A model generated the notes under the pieces. It ran no database searches, was not told where the DNA came from, and saw nothing but the letters and a program-made list of their open reading frames with translations. A stretch of DNA of 64,000 nt from Chiloscyllium plagiosum (taxonomy: Eukaryota). Positions 1 to 13,705 of the stretch are shown here, piece by piece. The position numbers and the translations under genes are program-made. The DNA is taken from positions 60,320,137 through 60,384,136 of the forward strand of contig NC_057718.1 of the NCBI RefSeq assembly GCF_004010195.1. Reading direction: 5' to 3'. Position 1 is the stretch's first letter, and the number at the start of each line of letters is the position of its first letter.

Positions 1-1342
1 CATTCAAGGCTAATTCACCGTTTGTAAGCAAATGTCTATTAAATGAAACTAATTATGAAGAGTCTACATTTTCATAGCCAGGCAATGTTGTATTTTTTTT
101 TTTGTCTTCTTATTTCTTTTTCTCTTCAAAGTTAGCCACATATCCCTACTATTAAACTGTTCAAATACTTTCATATAGTTTAGTCAATTGTTTAATTGCA
201 CAATATTAACCACTTTAGAGAATCGGTTTCCAATAAAATCTCTAGTATGAAGTTTTCACTTTCTGCATTCAGGCAAGGAAAGAACAAGGCAACACATTAT
301 GACGCATTTCAGGGCACATTTAACTCATTTTAACAGGTTATTAATTCGTGGTTTTTTATCCCCATAAGAAGTGAGTTCTGAAGATCTTGTTTTCCATTGT
401 TTATCCCATTGTTAAAAACTCAGTGACCTCTGAATGTTGTTTATAGTGCAGAACTAATTCATTCATTCAAACCATTTCTTTCTGCTAAACAACCTCTCTG
501 GCCCTGCAAATTTAATTTGACAGATGTGGTGTTTCATTGTCTCAGAAGAAAATGAGTAATATTTTCTCTTGGTTTTCTTTCTGTTTCTTTTATCTCTCTC
601 CTATAATCCCCATCCATCCTTCTCATTCTTTGCTTTCAGTATATTCTATATAATTCTGCCTTATGACTCCTCATTTAGGATCTGCAGTTTGATATCACTT
701 TGAACTAGATGCAAGGATTGAGATTCATGTTAATTGACAATAATATAGGTAGCTCACTAAATTCATGGTATTGAATTTTTTTTTTGGTTGTATCATTTTC
801 GCCAGGTTTTATGGGGGATTCCTTACCGTATCTTGCCAAACTTGCCTCATTAACTACTTACCTCAGCAACACAGCATACCTGTCACCGGATTCCTATTCC
901 ATATTACTATGCATCATCACTGGAAAAACTCACCACTGCCGGAACATCTTAGAATTGACTGGCATCCTTTGTGCCAACACCATCTTTAACAGGTCATTGT
1001 GCTCCTGGAAAAACACTGAAACTACCCTGGACAGTCCATTGGTGTCAACAATACCCTGTTTTCTGGGGACCTGGATATCCTGCTGGATTCGGTGGTACAG
1101 GGATGAGATAACCTCTTTCACCAGGATAAGCAAAGGATGCTGTGACGCTAGACCATGCCAGCTTTGTCTATGCAGGTCTAAGCAGTCTCAGCCATCTAGA
1201 GATGTTCAGCAAGAAAGGAATAACGTCAATCACTTTCTCCAATCTGCCTGTATAGTGTCATCATCTGCTATGTGAACCCTGACACTTACTCTATGTCTAC
1301 GACTATACCATTCCCCACCAACAGTACTGTCACCAAAGCCTA

Positions 1343-2779
1343 TGTTATGGACCCTACCCAAACCCCTCAAAATAGAGTCATAGAGTTATAGAGTTGTACA
1401 GCATGGAAACAGACCCTTCGGTCCAACCTGTCCATCGGCCCATACCCTTACAAACCCTTCCTATTCATATACCCATCCAAATGCCTCTTAAATGTGGCAA
1501 TTGTACCAGCCTCCATCACTTCCTCTGGCAGCTCATTCCATACACGTACCACCCTCTGCGTGAAAAAGTTGCCCCTTAGGTCTCTTTTATATCTTTCCCC
1601 TCTCACCCTAAACCTATGCCCTCTAGTTCTGGACTCCCCCATCTCAGGGAAAAAACTTTGTCTATTTATCCTATCCATGCTCCTCATAATTTTGTAAACC
1701 TCTATAAGGTCACCCCTCAGCCTCCGACGCTCCAGGGAAAACAGCCCCAGCTTGTTCAGCCTCTCCCTATAGCTCAAATCCTCCAACCCTGGCAACATCC
1801 TTATAAATCTTTTCTAAACCCTTTCAAGTTTTACAACATCTTTCCAATAGTAAGGAGACCAGAATTGCACGCAATATTCCAACAGTGGCCTAACCAATGT
1901 CCTGTACAACTGCAACATGACCTCCCAACTCCTGTACTCAATACTCTGACCAATAAAGGAAAGCATACCAAACACCTTCTTCACTATCCTATCTACCTGT
2001 GAATCCACTTTCAAGGAGCTATGAACCTGCACTCTAAGGTCTCTTTGTTCAGCAACACTCCCTAGGACATCACCATTAAGTGTATAAGACCTGCTAAGAT
2101 TTGCTTTCCCAAAATGCAGCACCTCGCATTTATCTAAATTAAACTCCATCTGCCACTTCTCAGCCCATTGGCCCATCTGGTCCGGTAACCCTCTTCGCTG
2201 TCCACTGCACCTCTAATTTTGGTGTCATCTGCAAACTTACTAACTGTACCTCTTATGTTCGCATCCAAATCATTTATGTAAACTGAGATGTTGCATTCCA
2301 AATATCAGATTTAAAACAAAACATACTTTGTTCATCTACTATAGTTAAAATTCCACAACAAAAAAGAAACATTTGGAATAATGTAACTCTACTGGAAAAC
2401 CTAACATTATAGCATATATTGTGAAAGCCCATAAACACAGACTTGGCAAAATGGAAATGTAGAACACAGGTTGTCTGAGGTACTAGTCCCATAACAGTTA
2501 GAAAACTCTCAGCTTTTGGCTGTAACTGAGAGAGGGACAAAGATTAGCTTCTACCTCTTTAAGACCCAAGCCACAACTGCAACTGAAAACTAAAACTCCT
2601 GGTTCTGGAGCTTTACTGCACCCATTCAGGCTGCTTCTAATGTTCCAACTTTTAAAAAGAAAACACCCAAGGCTTCACAAGATGTTTTATCTTCTCATGG
2701 TCTGCTTAACACCTGTTCCCCAATCTCTTTCTTAAAAAAAAGAACAAACCACACCTCTTAAAGCCACAGAATCATCACA
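1343..2779. mobile_element. Solo LTR (Gypsy-like), interrupted by a CR1
   Basis: Starts TGTTATG, ends CATCACA, flanked by identical 4-bp CCTA at 1339-1342 and 2780-2783; no coding motifs outside the nested CR1. Confidence 0.7.
1372..2282 (-). mobile_element. 5'-truncated CR1/HER1-type LINE
   Basis: [84 protein letters not shown]-like tail repeat. Confidence 0.95.
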
Positions 2780-3194
2780 CCTACAACATCTTCCCTCACC
2801 TGCTATCACCCCAACCCCTGCCATCACTACGCTCTCGGCACAATCTACTCACTCACTCAAGACAGCACTTCACTGTCATCCACAGTAATCGCTGTGTCAA
2901 CCAATTTCACCTCCTCTAATACCTGCATCTCTCTTAGTCCAGAAGAAAAACAGCCTCCAAAAGGGCAGAAAGAGTCAAGATGGGTGTTGGGCTGCCTGGG
3001 ATTCCGTTCCTCGCTCCTTCTGAGGAAAGGATCCTGACTCTGACCACCCCGAGTGGCTGATTGACTGTATCCAAGCCCCTGGATTGATATTGGAGGCTGC
3101 CCTAGACTTATTGTACCTTGACCCCCTGAGCGAAAGCTAACCCCCTTAACGTAACTCAGGACTTCTGAAAACCATGACAAACTTGCTAAACTAA

Positions 3195-3955
3195 TGTAGA
3201 AAGTGCTGGAGAAACACAGTAGGTCCTACAGCAGCTGTAGAGAGAAAAGCAAATTAGAACTGAAAGCAGTTGGGAAATGGAATTTATGCCGATGATGAGG
3301 GGGACATCTCCTCCTATCTCCTTCTGGACCGTTGCCCCATCTCGAACATCAGACCACTATGTCCACTATGTCCATCTTATTTGGGGACCTCCCTCCCACA
3401 GCCTACCAGATCATAGACCCACAATCCCATTCAGCCTGCTTCAATATTTTTTCCAAATCCACAAACAGGACTCACCAGGCAAGCCTATTGTTTCAGCCTG
3501 TTCCTGCCCCATGGAATTCATGTCTTCCTACCTTGCCTAGATTTTGTTTTTTCTCCCCTTGTCCAGTCTTTCCCCATTTACATCCACCATTCCTATAATG
3601 CTTCATGTTTAGTTTGTTGGCACCAAGCATCTCCTTTTCACCATGGAGATAGACCAGACTTGCCACATCCATCCCCATTGAGAAAGGTGGTCTTACACTT
3701 CTTCATTGAGAATAGGCCTACATCATCCGCTTACACAACCATCCACCTGGCTGAGTGCATCCTCATCTTGAACAACTTCTCCTCTAACTTCTTTCACTTT
3801 CTTCAAGTCAGAGGGGTGGCCATGGGTACCTGCATGGGTCCCAGTTATGCCTGTCTCTTCATGGGATATGGGGAACATTCCTTGTTCCAGTCCTACTTTG
3901 GACCCTGTCCATAACTCTTCATCTGGTACATCAATAACATCATTGATGCTTTCCA
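3195..3955 (+). mobile_element. Decayed Penelope-like element (RT fragment)
   Basis: QIHKQDSPGKPIVSACSCP and GVAMGTCMGPSYACLFMG, matching Penelope RT motifs PKIHK..GRPIVS and GVAMG..MGPSYA; pLTR-like piece at ~3195-3260. Confidence 0.85.
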
Positions 3956-3959
3956 TCAC

Positions 3960-5043
3960 AGTAGATGCAAAGAAACAAAGGATAGGAATAAATTGTTTTC
4001 AGAATGGCAGCTAGTGAGTACCACAGAGGTCAGTATTTGGACCATAGCTATTTACATTATTCATTAATGATTTTAGATGACGGAACTAAATATAATATCT
4101 TCACATTTGCAGGCAACACAAAGTTGGGTGGGAGGGTGAATTGTGAGGAGGATGCAGATATGCTTCAGTGCAATGTGAACAAGGTAAGTGAATTAATGCA
4201 TGGCATGAAGTATAATGTGGATAAATGTGAGGTTATCCAGTTTGGGAGCAAAAATTGGTAGTCAGACTATTATCTGAATGACCATAGATTGGGAAAGGGG
4301 GAGGGACAACAAGACATTGAAGTTTTTGAACACCAATTGCTGAAAATAAGCATGCAGTGCAGTTGATGCTGAAGGCAAATGGTAAGTAAGCCTTCACTGT
4401 GAGAAGATTCAAGTACAGGAGAAGAGATGTCTTGCAACAGTTGTACCTCAGGTTGCAAGGCCCTGTTGATACCTCAGCTGGATTATTGTCTGCTGTTTTG
4501 GTCTCCTTATCTGAAGGAGGATGTTCTGACAGTGGAGGATGTACAATGATAGTTTACCTGACCGGTTCCTGCGATGGCAGGACTGATGTATGAAGAGAGA
4601 TCAGTTTGGATTATATTCATTGGAAATAGGACAATGACTAGGTTGGGGTGGGGTGGGTTGGTGGGGGGATGAGGGGTGTTGGAAATCTCGCAGAAACTTA
4701 TAACATTCTAACAGGACTCCACATGATGGACATTCCTGATGGCTGGGGTGCCCAGAACTAGGAGTCATCAGGCTAAGGATATGGGGTAAGCCATTTAGTT
4801 TGAAGCTGAGGACAAATTCTTCTCCCAGTGAGTGGTGAGCCTACGGAATGCTCGTCACAGAAAGTCATTGAGGCCAAAATACTGTTTACAAGAAGAAGAT
4901 AGATGCAACTCTTGAGGCTAAAGGGATCAAAGGATATGGGACAAAAATGGGAACAGAGTAGTGAGTAGGATGATCACAGTGAATAGAGGCGACGGCTTGA
5001 AGAGCCAAATGGCTTGTTCCTGTTTCTTTTTTAACATTTCTAC
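3960..5043 (+). mobile_element. Decayed CR1 LINE 3' part
   Basis: FAGNTKLGG (FADDTKLGG), YNVDKCEVIQFG, CR1-like 3' UTR. Confidence 0.85.
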
Positions 5044-8000
5044 AGCATCAAGGCAATTCACCTCATAATTTTACTGAGAAACATTCACCTTAATTTGGCA
5101 CAGCCAATTCTGCTTCATTTCAGTTACAGTTGCATGTGATGTTGATTGATGTTGGGCCAAACATACATTAAAATCTGTAAATAAAGATTAGACCTGCTCC
5201 TTGTCATTGTTACAAATGCAATAATAAGTGCTTACTTTTTTTTTAAACAGTTGGATGCACCTGCACTTTTGGACTACTTGATTTATCAACCATCACAGTT
5301 CAAACATTTGCCACTTTCCCAGACTGATATACTACCCTCAGCTCTGTGAAGCTTTTTCAAGGAAGAACTAGACACAAGAAATGTTCTGGTAAAATTATAT
5401 TGGAAACATATGTTTCTGAATTAAAATAATGGCTTCATTCCTGCAAATTGCTCCACTGACCCCCACTTCCCCCTCCCCCTCCCCCTCCCCCTTCATTTAT
5501 CCTCCCATCCAACCAGGTGTTTTGTCTTCTATCTTTTTTTAAAAAAAAAGTCTGCTAAACTATTATTTTAATTGTAGTGCTGTTAAGAGTTTTGTGGTAT
5601 ATAAACCAATCCTTGAAAAAGCCATTAATTTGTATTGTTCAAAATAAACTTCAGTTGAGACACAAATGTTGTGCAATAAATTCTCAGAAGGTGATAAGTA
5701 ATGGATGAGTTAAAAACCCTGACAAATTGTTTCTTGTTTTAAGAAGCATATATCTTTGGAAGATTTAACAAGTGTGTATTACTATATTTGAACTTGAATT
5801 GAACTCAACTCCCTTGTAGTGTAAAGCTATTGCACTTTGTAAATGAATACACTTGGCGTTCCTTTACAGCAAATCAAATTATAGGCCATCTTTTTTCAAT
5901 AGTCTGCATAATGAAATCACAATATGCTTAGTTTTGCAGAAAGAAAAAAAACATTGTACCATTAAGTTGGTGTTTGACAAGGAGTTGTTGAATTCTACAG
6001 CAGATGTTGTGTGTTATCAAACTGTAAAGAACAGCAAAGAAATGAAAGGTTCTGGTAATAGAGAAAATTTGGAAAATGTCAGTAAGAAGGGGATCTAAGT
6101 GGTTCTGAAACTGCTTCTGCCACTGTATTACCAACATCCCAAGATATTCATGTGAGGAAATTTGAACAACGGTATTCAGACTCACTACTTTTAATAGGAA
6201 GAATTATGAATTGGCATAACATCATAAATGATCACTCAAGGGTATTTAAACAAGTCAGTTTATGTGTTAAATCTTTAACCTCCTTGTTACTCATACCACT
6301 TATAAATTAATTAGATATTTTTATCAGCAGTAAAGATGTGTAAGAATAGAGAATTATTGCACCCAAATGAAAAGTTGCATGTTAACAAAACTACATGTTA
6401 TCCTCAATTCAAAAGAAGTGGTCTTTTCAGAATAATGAGGACAATTTAATATACTGGATTCAAATAAACTATTCAAGCCACTATTTTTCTGTAAGACAGT
6501 CAACATTCTAGCTCACTGTAAATATCCCCTTCTGGTTCCACTGATTTTGCTGACCTATACAAATGGAGGTAATAAATTAAGCTCCCTATTCATTAGAATT
6601 AAATCCTAGTTAAAGTACTGGGATGGAAGTTCTGTCTTAAAGTTGTAAAGAGCATAGATGGATTTAGTTAGGGCTGTTGTAATCGATGTTGTTAGGTGTA
6701 TTGTAAAGTTCACAGCACCTCCTTGTTTTCCAGCCCAATTTCGGGATTCTTGCCAAAACAATTAAACTTAATTCAACATGTTGACATTCTTATAGCTGGG
6801 GAATTGGGAGAGGGTGAGAATGCATATTTTGTAATATGTGTAATACTCCTTCATATTTTAATAGGTGAAAAGCAGAGACAAAGTTTGCCAGAGTGCACCA
6901 GCAGAAGACCATGAGGCAGCAGTTACTCACAGACTGCAACTTGCCACAAAACAGGACGTTGATATGTTAGAAATCTGTCTGCAACAGCACAGATATAATT
7001 GGTAGTAAACACTTCTTGTGCTCTTTTTGATAATGAAGAGTTGGAGTTATGTCTAAAGAGGATACACCGACAAGGTGTGATTGAATTATAGATTTCATTA
7101 TTGAATCAACAGTAAAAACAAATGCAGGTTGTGAAGTGAAGAGCTAATTTTACTTTTAGTCTGAGAATAGATGCTGAGCCTGAGCATAAGGAACTATGTC
7201 ATGATGATGTTAGATCACATAGAACTGGAATCTGTGTCTGTAAATTTTTAGGAAGAGGCTCTCATTTACCGTACTTTGTACCTGATTATACTCAATCAAG
7301 CCTGCTAATGTTCACTCTCAAGGATGTAGATCTCATCTTACTCATGCAAGGCTACAACAATGTGGAGTTACATGCACCACATGTACATACACAGCCATAT
7401 TTCTGATCAACGACTACCATTTGTGAAAAGGTTTCGGCACTTTCCATATGGAATTTGACATCTTCGCTTTCGAAGATTACCTTCATTCTCAGATTGCACC
7501 TTTAAATGATATCCATCAATGGTAAAAGAGAAAATGTACCTTAATATAAATTTTAGAAATATCTCTCATATAGTGTCACATAAAATCATTGACAGAATAG
7601 AATGTTGTTATTTGCATGTTTTTAATAGTTTGATTTGCACTAAGTGATTGAATAATGCTTGAAAGATAGTTGAACTAACAAAAGTAAATGTCACTCACCA
7701 CATTCAGAGGTCTACTCTAGGGCTGTCTGGGGATGTGGATATTTGAGAGTAACCAGATAGATTCTTGAAGAAATTAGGATAAAGGGAACATTGGATCCAG
7801 GTAGCTAATTACTCAAGTGCTCTTTTTTTGAGCATTTTGAGGATGAAGAGTTAGAGGATAAACACCAACGGAACCAAAAAACAACCAAGATGTTGGCCTG
7901 AATTATTCATTAATTTCCCTTGGAATTAAATTTAGGTAAGGCTGGGTAAAGCCAAATAATTTAGGAATACCAAGATAGGTAAACCTTGAAGATATTCCAA

Positions 8001-8699
8001 ATATACAATCCTTAAACATTGCCTGAGTGTAAGTGGTGTTTGTATTCGGTAGGGACTGACTACCTTCTAAAACTCTTTGACATAATTCTAGTACCTGGAA
8101 GAACTGTATTTTGTTTTAATCTTGAATCATTTATCTTGCATTATATAATACATTATCATGCATAATAACAGGACACATAAATAAAGGATAGTCAATGACT
8201 ACCTGTGCGCTACAAGGCAGTAATTCAACTGAGCATTTTGAATAGCACCATAAACCACTAGTGAAAACATCAAGCAGTTTATGAATGTCAGCACAACAGC
8301 AAACTAAGATTAGTGCTTCAACTTCACTGCAGTGATTTGTTATTCTTTGTAATATGTCATTGAACATTTATGCAAAATAATATGTTTCAGCCTTTGCTTC
8401 TTGTGAAAAAAAATCTAAGGAATGACTAATAATGTGGAGGAGCATGTGGGTTTGGGAACTGGTAGTAGGATTAGAACCAGGGAAGTTGACAGGACATTGA
8501 GAAACCAATTCCATCCTTCTGATTCGAGCATTTAACTGCAACACAAAGAGGATTGTCAATTTTAATACATTAATCAATTACAGCAACAATAACATGGCTT
8601 GTGCAACTTAAATTTGGATCTGTGGGTTTCTTGCATTTCCCAAAAGTCAGGAGGACAAGAATATAACAGCAATTGAGCGATCTATAGATATGAAAGGAA

Positions 8700-8880
8700 A
8701 ATATGCATTAAAATCTGACAAGTGTTTGTCTGCTTAATTTAACCACTTCAGTTCCCTCCTTTGAGCTCTTGGCCTAACCCAAGTTAGCCAATACATTGGT
8801 ATTGTCCTTACCTTTATGATGTACCATCCATCGATACTGGCCAGGTATCCTGCCTATTGTGTGAAAGGCTTCAAGACTAC
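8700..8880 (-). mobile_element. Second ERV/LTR-element 3' junction (3' UTR + PPT + LTR start)
   Basis: Minus strand reads AAAGGAGGGAAC (8762-8751) then TGAAGTGGTTAAA from 8750; upstream ~110 bp aligns with 9548-9668. LTR extent not determined. Confidence 0.55.
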
Positions 8881-9169
8881 ACTTACCATACCCGTTCTGA
8901 CTTATACAGTTGACAACTTGTTTAAACAACACATCTGCTCTTTAGAATTGCAATTTGTGTTCTTTTGAAATTGGACAATTGGAAGTTTATATGCAGGCTT
9001 TGCACAATTTGGCCCCTTTAATTTATCACGCGCATACACTCACACTAAAACACACATTAAAATCAGTTAAAGGACCTGCATGCTTGCATGTTCTAGCTAC
9101 GGAATGAAAAAAGAACTTAGACGGTATGTTGGTTGTGATCTATCAGGTAGGGATGGTGCCTTTGTGCTT

Positions 9170-9547
9170 TGTGACTATCCTAGGGGTATTTGACAAATTG
9201 ATAGAGGTCTACAGAAGATCAGATAACTATCAGTTATTTCATGCATGCATGGACAGAAGCTTTAACACAGAGGTCAAAGCTGGCTGTGCTGAGTTACAGA
9301 CTGCCTCCAAGTTTTATACAGACAATAACACACACATTATAATTACAAATCTCCCCACGCTCAATATCCATGTGTCCCATATTATCTTTGTTTCCCACAG
9401 CCTTTGTCAGCATTGTCTTTTGCTCACCCAAGGCCTTTGATAACAACTAATAGTTATTTACATTCTACATGTTTTTTGTCAGAACAAGCTTCACTTCTTG
9501 CTGACTATGTAGATAAAGCTTTAAACCTCACTATTTTAACTCCCTCA
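9170..9547 (-). mobile_element. 3' LTR of the env-bearing element
   Basis: PPT AAGAGGGGAAGC (9559-9548) directly followed by TGAGGGAGTTAAAA; TATAAAA at 9318-9312. Downstream end approximate. Confidence 0.5.
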
Positions 9548-9699
9548 GCTTCCCCTCTTAGCCCATGGACTAGCCCAAGATAACCAATACAGCGGCCTTG
9601 TCTTTTCCTTTACACTGTGCTACCCATCGATCCTGGCCAGTAACTAGGTTAGGATTGTAAAGGCAACAGGTGAAATGATCTGTACTCTTTGACCTTTTA

Positions 9700-10600
9700 A
9701 TCAAGGCCCTAGACTTTTTGCCCTGTTTCCCGATTTCAGAATTTCCACTGCCATCTTCAGTGTGATTTCCTATAACTCAGGCATGTTAGATATAATGTTA
9801 TTAACAGTTGTGTAATAACTGGGGCTTGTGAGGTGATTCAAAACCATGGGTAACTCCACAGTTCCTCCTACCAGGTAATAGAGTTCAAACATTCTGCATC
9901 ATCCACAAAGGATGTTGCTGGAGTGTGTAATATGTATCATGCACCTGCTCTGCCTTGTCCCAGATTAGGGTGAGGTTCTTGCTTATTGGTGGGGTAACAT
10001 TGGAGAACTACTTTAAGCATTATGTCAACTTGTCTTTCACGCTTTCCACAGCTTGCTGTTTTACATATTTCAACTAGTTCTACCTTTCCCATTTTTGCTG
10101 GCATCTTTGGATGCGAACACAATGGGGCAGAATTGACTATTCCCGAATTTAAACTCCTGCTGCTAATTTGGTAATACACTATCTTCCATCACTAATGCAT
10201 GCAATACCTGGTGGCTATTTTTCTGCCCCTATAGTGTCCACTAAGTCTACTTCCTGGCTATTCTGTTACATATATTAGAGAGGCGATTACAACAAGAGAG
10301 ACGAATACAACTATACAGGCTTCAGCACACCATCTAGCTAAACTAGGACTTAGCATATTTCCTCCTAGCTCTATTGCAAATAGTGGTATTTTATGATACC
10401 TTTGATCACAATACTCCTGAATTACCCCAATATTCTCTATGCTATATATCTTAATGGCTGTTGACTCTTAGCATAGTTGGAATTGCCAGGACAATGTTGA
10501 TAAACATTACCATATATTATATGTTCTGGCATGGTCTCATACATACATGTTAAAACTTTGAGCTGCAGCCTGCACTGTCATATCTCACCCTTATCTGCTT
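9700..10600 (-). pseudogene. env: Decayed retroviral-type envelope glycoprotein, C-terminal half
   Basis: Across frameshifts: IVLAIP..YSIENIGVIQE..KIPLFAIELGGNMLSPSLARWC..PPGIACISDGR*CIT..YYTLQQ..LNSITW*EELWSYPWF*ITSQAPVITQLLITLYLTCLSYRKSH*RWQWK, i.e. Trp-rich membrane-proximal region, TM helix and basic tail just upstream of a PPT and LTR. Confidence 0.6.
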
Positions 10601-10692
10601 AAGATCCATGATCTGTTGAGAAATGGTTCTCTATCTCTTCCTCTTTATCTATGTGTTCTTTCCTGCACAGAAAAGAAGAGTTAAGAGTGATG

Positions 10693-11015
10693 GAAACAAA
10701 GGAACAGGAATACGCCAATTAGTCTCTCAAACTTGCTTTAATGGGATCATGGCTGATCTGTAGCCTAGCTCCATATACCTGCCTTTGGCCCATATCCCTA
10801 ATACCTTTGATTAACATAAATCTATCTATCTTAGATCAGTTCTTAGTTTTAAATCTATCATCAGCCACCATTGGTGGAAGAGATTTGCAGACCTTTACCA
10901 CCCTTTGTTTGTAGAAGTGCTTCCTAACATCTCTCCTGAACAGCCAGCCTTAATTATCAGATTATACCACCTTGTTCTTGAATCCCCAACCAGTGGAAAT
11001 AGATCTTTATGTCCC
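10693..11015 (-). mobile_element. CR1 LINE 3' fragment
   Basis: LFPLVGDSRTR motif and CR1-type 3' UTR. Confidence 0.75.
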
Positions 11016-11039
11016 CTGTCTTTTCTTGTTTTGGAATAA

Positions 11040-11400
11040 GCTATGGCATATATTGAACAAATGTATACACTGCAATTATGAGAGTGATTATGAGATGGAA
11101 GATGTATGCCACTGTTATAGAATGGGGGCAAGTGTAGATGCTGGGCAGTTGGAAATATGAGGTGGTGTGTAGACAGAGAGAGTTGGGTGTACTTGCAAAA
11201 TAAAATGGTGTGAGTGGTGATGTACAGTGGTCAGCTTGAGAAGGCAAAGTAAGGAGTTTGAAATGGTGCATAAAGCAAGATATCAGTGAATGTGCAACTG
11301 TAATATCTTTCCTGGTCTGCTTAGTTGACTAAATTGTTGACATTGAATTTAAGAATGTGGCACTTCACTTCTGCTGCTGCCCTGAAAGCATTTTATTCAT
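11040..11400 (-). mobile_element. Harbinger Myb/SANT gene remnant
   Basis: Minus-strand IQCQQFSQLSRPGK resembles the QCRKRFNDL..K end of Harbinger Myb/SANT exon 1. Confidence 0.35.
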
Positions 11401-11680
11401 ACCTTCAGTACTCATTTGTTTGTACAGTTCTATGGAACGGTCACTTAACCTAATTAACTCTGATTTCTGCTGCCAGACCTACTAAACTTTTCCAGCAATT
11501 TGTTTTTGCTTTTGTATCCTTCATTGGCTTCATCTGCCCATCTACCTGTGGGCAGTCACAACTCCTAACTTCATATAGAAGAGATCACTAAAATGTTGGA
11601 GTATTTGGAATCAATTTTGCCAATTCTTTCCTTTGTGATCCCAACTCCTAAATCTGCCAAATTAGACATTGATTTTATGG

Positions 11681-12850
11681 TGTGATTGAGGCTAGAAGAA
11701 TATATTTTGCTGTAGTTCCACTACTCCACAGGTCAAAACATTTTTTAAAAAGTTCCAGTTACCAAGATGCATAATGATACCTTATCAATATCAGATTTTA
11801 ACAGAACGATCTACCAACCAGGTTTCTTACTAAATCCTATCATGGATTTATTAACAAAACAATATGTATTCAATAAAAATATAATAATTGATTTAAAATA
11901 TTCAGTCAGTAACATAGAAATATAATTGCTTATCCCTCTAAATTACTCTCAACACAGGCACACACACTCAGAGAGGAAAAACAAAGTGTTGTCCTTTTGC
12001 TTTCAAGAATAACTCATTGCTCAAAGTGTAGCAAAAACAGAAATTGCTGGAGAAACTGAGCAAGTGTGGCAGCATTTGTGGAGAAAAAGTAGAGTTAACC
12101 TTTTGAGTCCAGAACTGTATTCTGGAGAAGGGTGACTGGATTTGAAATGTTAACTCTGCTTTCTTACCACAGATGCTACAAGATCTGTTGAGTTTCTCCA
12201 GTAATTTTTCTTTTTGTTCCAGATTTCCAGTCTCTGCAGATCTTTGTTTTAGGATAAAGCGTTAAAATGTTCCAAAGTTAGTTGCTGCGATGTTCTGGCA
12301 TTTGTGGTCAAGTCATTGATCATGTGTGGTTGTCCCTGCAGTCTTGAAGCTACAGCTTGCTCATGAAATACAATCTTGAGATGTTTCCTCAATCAGGCTT
12401 TCTAAAGAGCAAATAAGTCCCATCTTAAACTCAAGAAATGAGAGGGATTAGGAGGTTTCCTTCAGCTGAACCAGAAGCAATAAATGAAAATCTTCTTTAA
12501 TCCAGTCATTGTTCTAACTAATCTCAGAAGTAGTGCACAGCAAAGCAGGCAGGTATCTCAAATCATGTGATTTAAAACAAAACTACGATGTCCTCCGTAA
12601 AAGGTCAATGACCCCTTTTAGATAAATCACTCCAGGACTTCCACGAAATCTGAAATTAATACATTTTCTATAATTATGCAAGTCCTCTGAGCCACACCAA
12701 ATTTACCTTTGTATGAAGTATCTCTTTAGCTAATAGAATTTAATTCACAGGGCTTTTCGACACACCTGTTTATACATAACTTATATAATAGTCCAGTGAC
12801 TGGGAAAATAAACCACTAACAAGGCAAACTTCACTTCTGAGATTCCTGAA
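11681..12850. mobile_element. Probable solo LTR, interrupted at 12030-12250
   Basis: Begins TGTGATTGAGG, non-coding, LTR-like composition; 3' terminus and TSD degenerate. Confidence 0.3.
12030..12250. mobile_element. Older Penelope-pLTR-derived palindromic element
   Basis: ~12035-12110 is the inverted copy of ~12136-12218 (AAATTGCTGGAGAAACT...AGTTTCTCCAGTAATTT); related pieces at ~11425-11510, 20215-20375 and 63195-63270. Confidence 0.7.
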
Positions 12851-13705
12851 TGTTATTGGACACTCTCCCCACTACTCTCATGCAGATCTGTATCTCTACT
12901 GTCCATACTACAAAATGTTTCAAATCAAGTCCCATGTGACCAAACGTAGAGACTAGTAGACAGATAACAGACAGAAATAATGATAGTTATGAATGAAAAC
13001 CAAGTGACACAAATACAGAGTGACAGAGATACCATTAATTCATGATTTAGGACTGTAAGAAATTTCATGTGCAGCTCATTTACCAGAAATTTATTTTAAT
13101 CACTTAATTTGAAAGATCATTTGCTCTGCCTTTTCGGTATCATCATAATGCAGTCTAACGACAAATTGAAGCCGTTGATTTCAATGTGCCTTGAGTTTTG
13201 GTAAACTGGGTGAACCTTTAAGGATCTCTAGCTACATAGGGTGTCAAAGTTTTAAAATGAAGCTGCAAATGATCCCACACGTTGTGTTCATATGCCAGCA
13301 AAGAACCAATATGGTACAGTCAAAGTCCCATTATCCTTTGCTCCGATATCTGGAATTCCTGTATAACCAGCAATCAATGGGAGTAGGTTCACTTGCTCTT
13401 GGAACTGGTCATTTGGTCACCTCCCTGTCTCCTTTTAACCAAACCTTGCTGATGGTCCTGAACTATGAGTGGTCCTGATAACAACTGGCACATTCATGTA
13501 ACCGGTACCCCCCAATTCCTGTATGTGTCGAATTCCAGGCAGTTGTCTATATTTGGATTCTTAGTAAATTTAAAAACAGTGATGTTGTGACCATAATGCA
13601 ATTGGATGCAGTAGCAGAAGTAGGCCATTCAACCAATCGCGTCTGCTGTGCCATTAAATTGGATCATGGCACATCTGATAATCCTCAACTTCACTCTTTG
13701 TCTTA

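Noticed and set aside
784..1275. 163-aa ORF
   Set aside because: TTG start, no recognisable domain and no convincing splice context.
5251..5388. Exon-like segment with strong acceptor (T-tract AAACAG) and GTAAAA donor
   Set aside because: All three frames contain a stop and no protein is recognisable; at most a non-coding or terminal exon, unsupported without RNA data.
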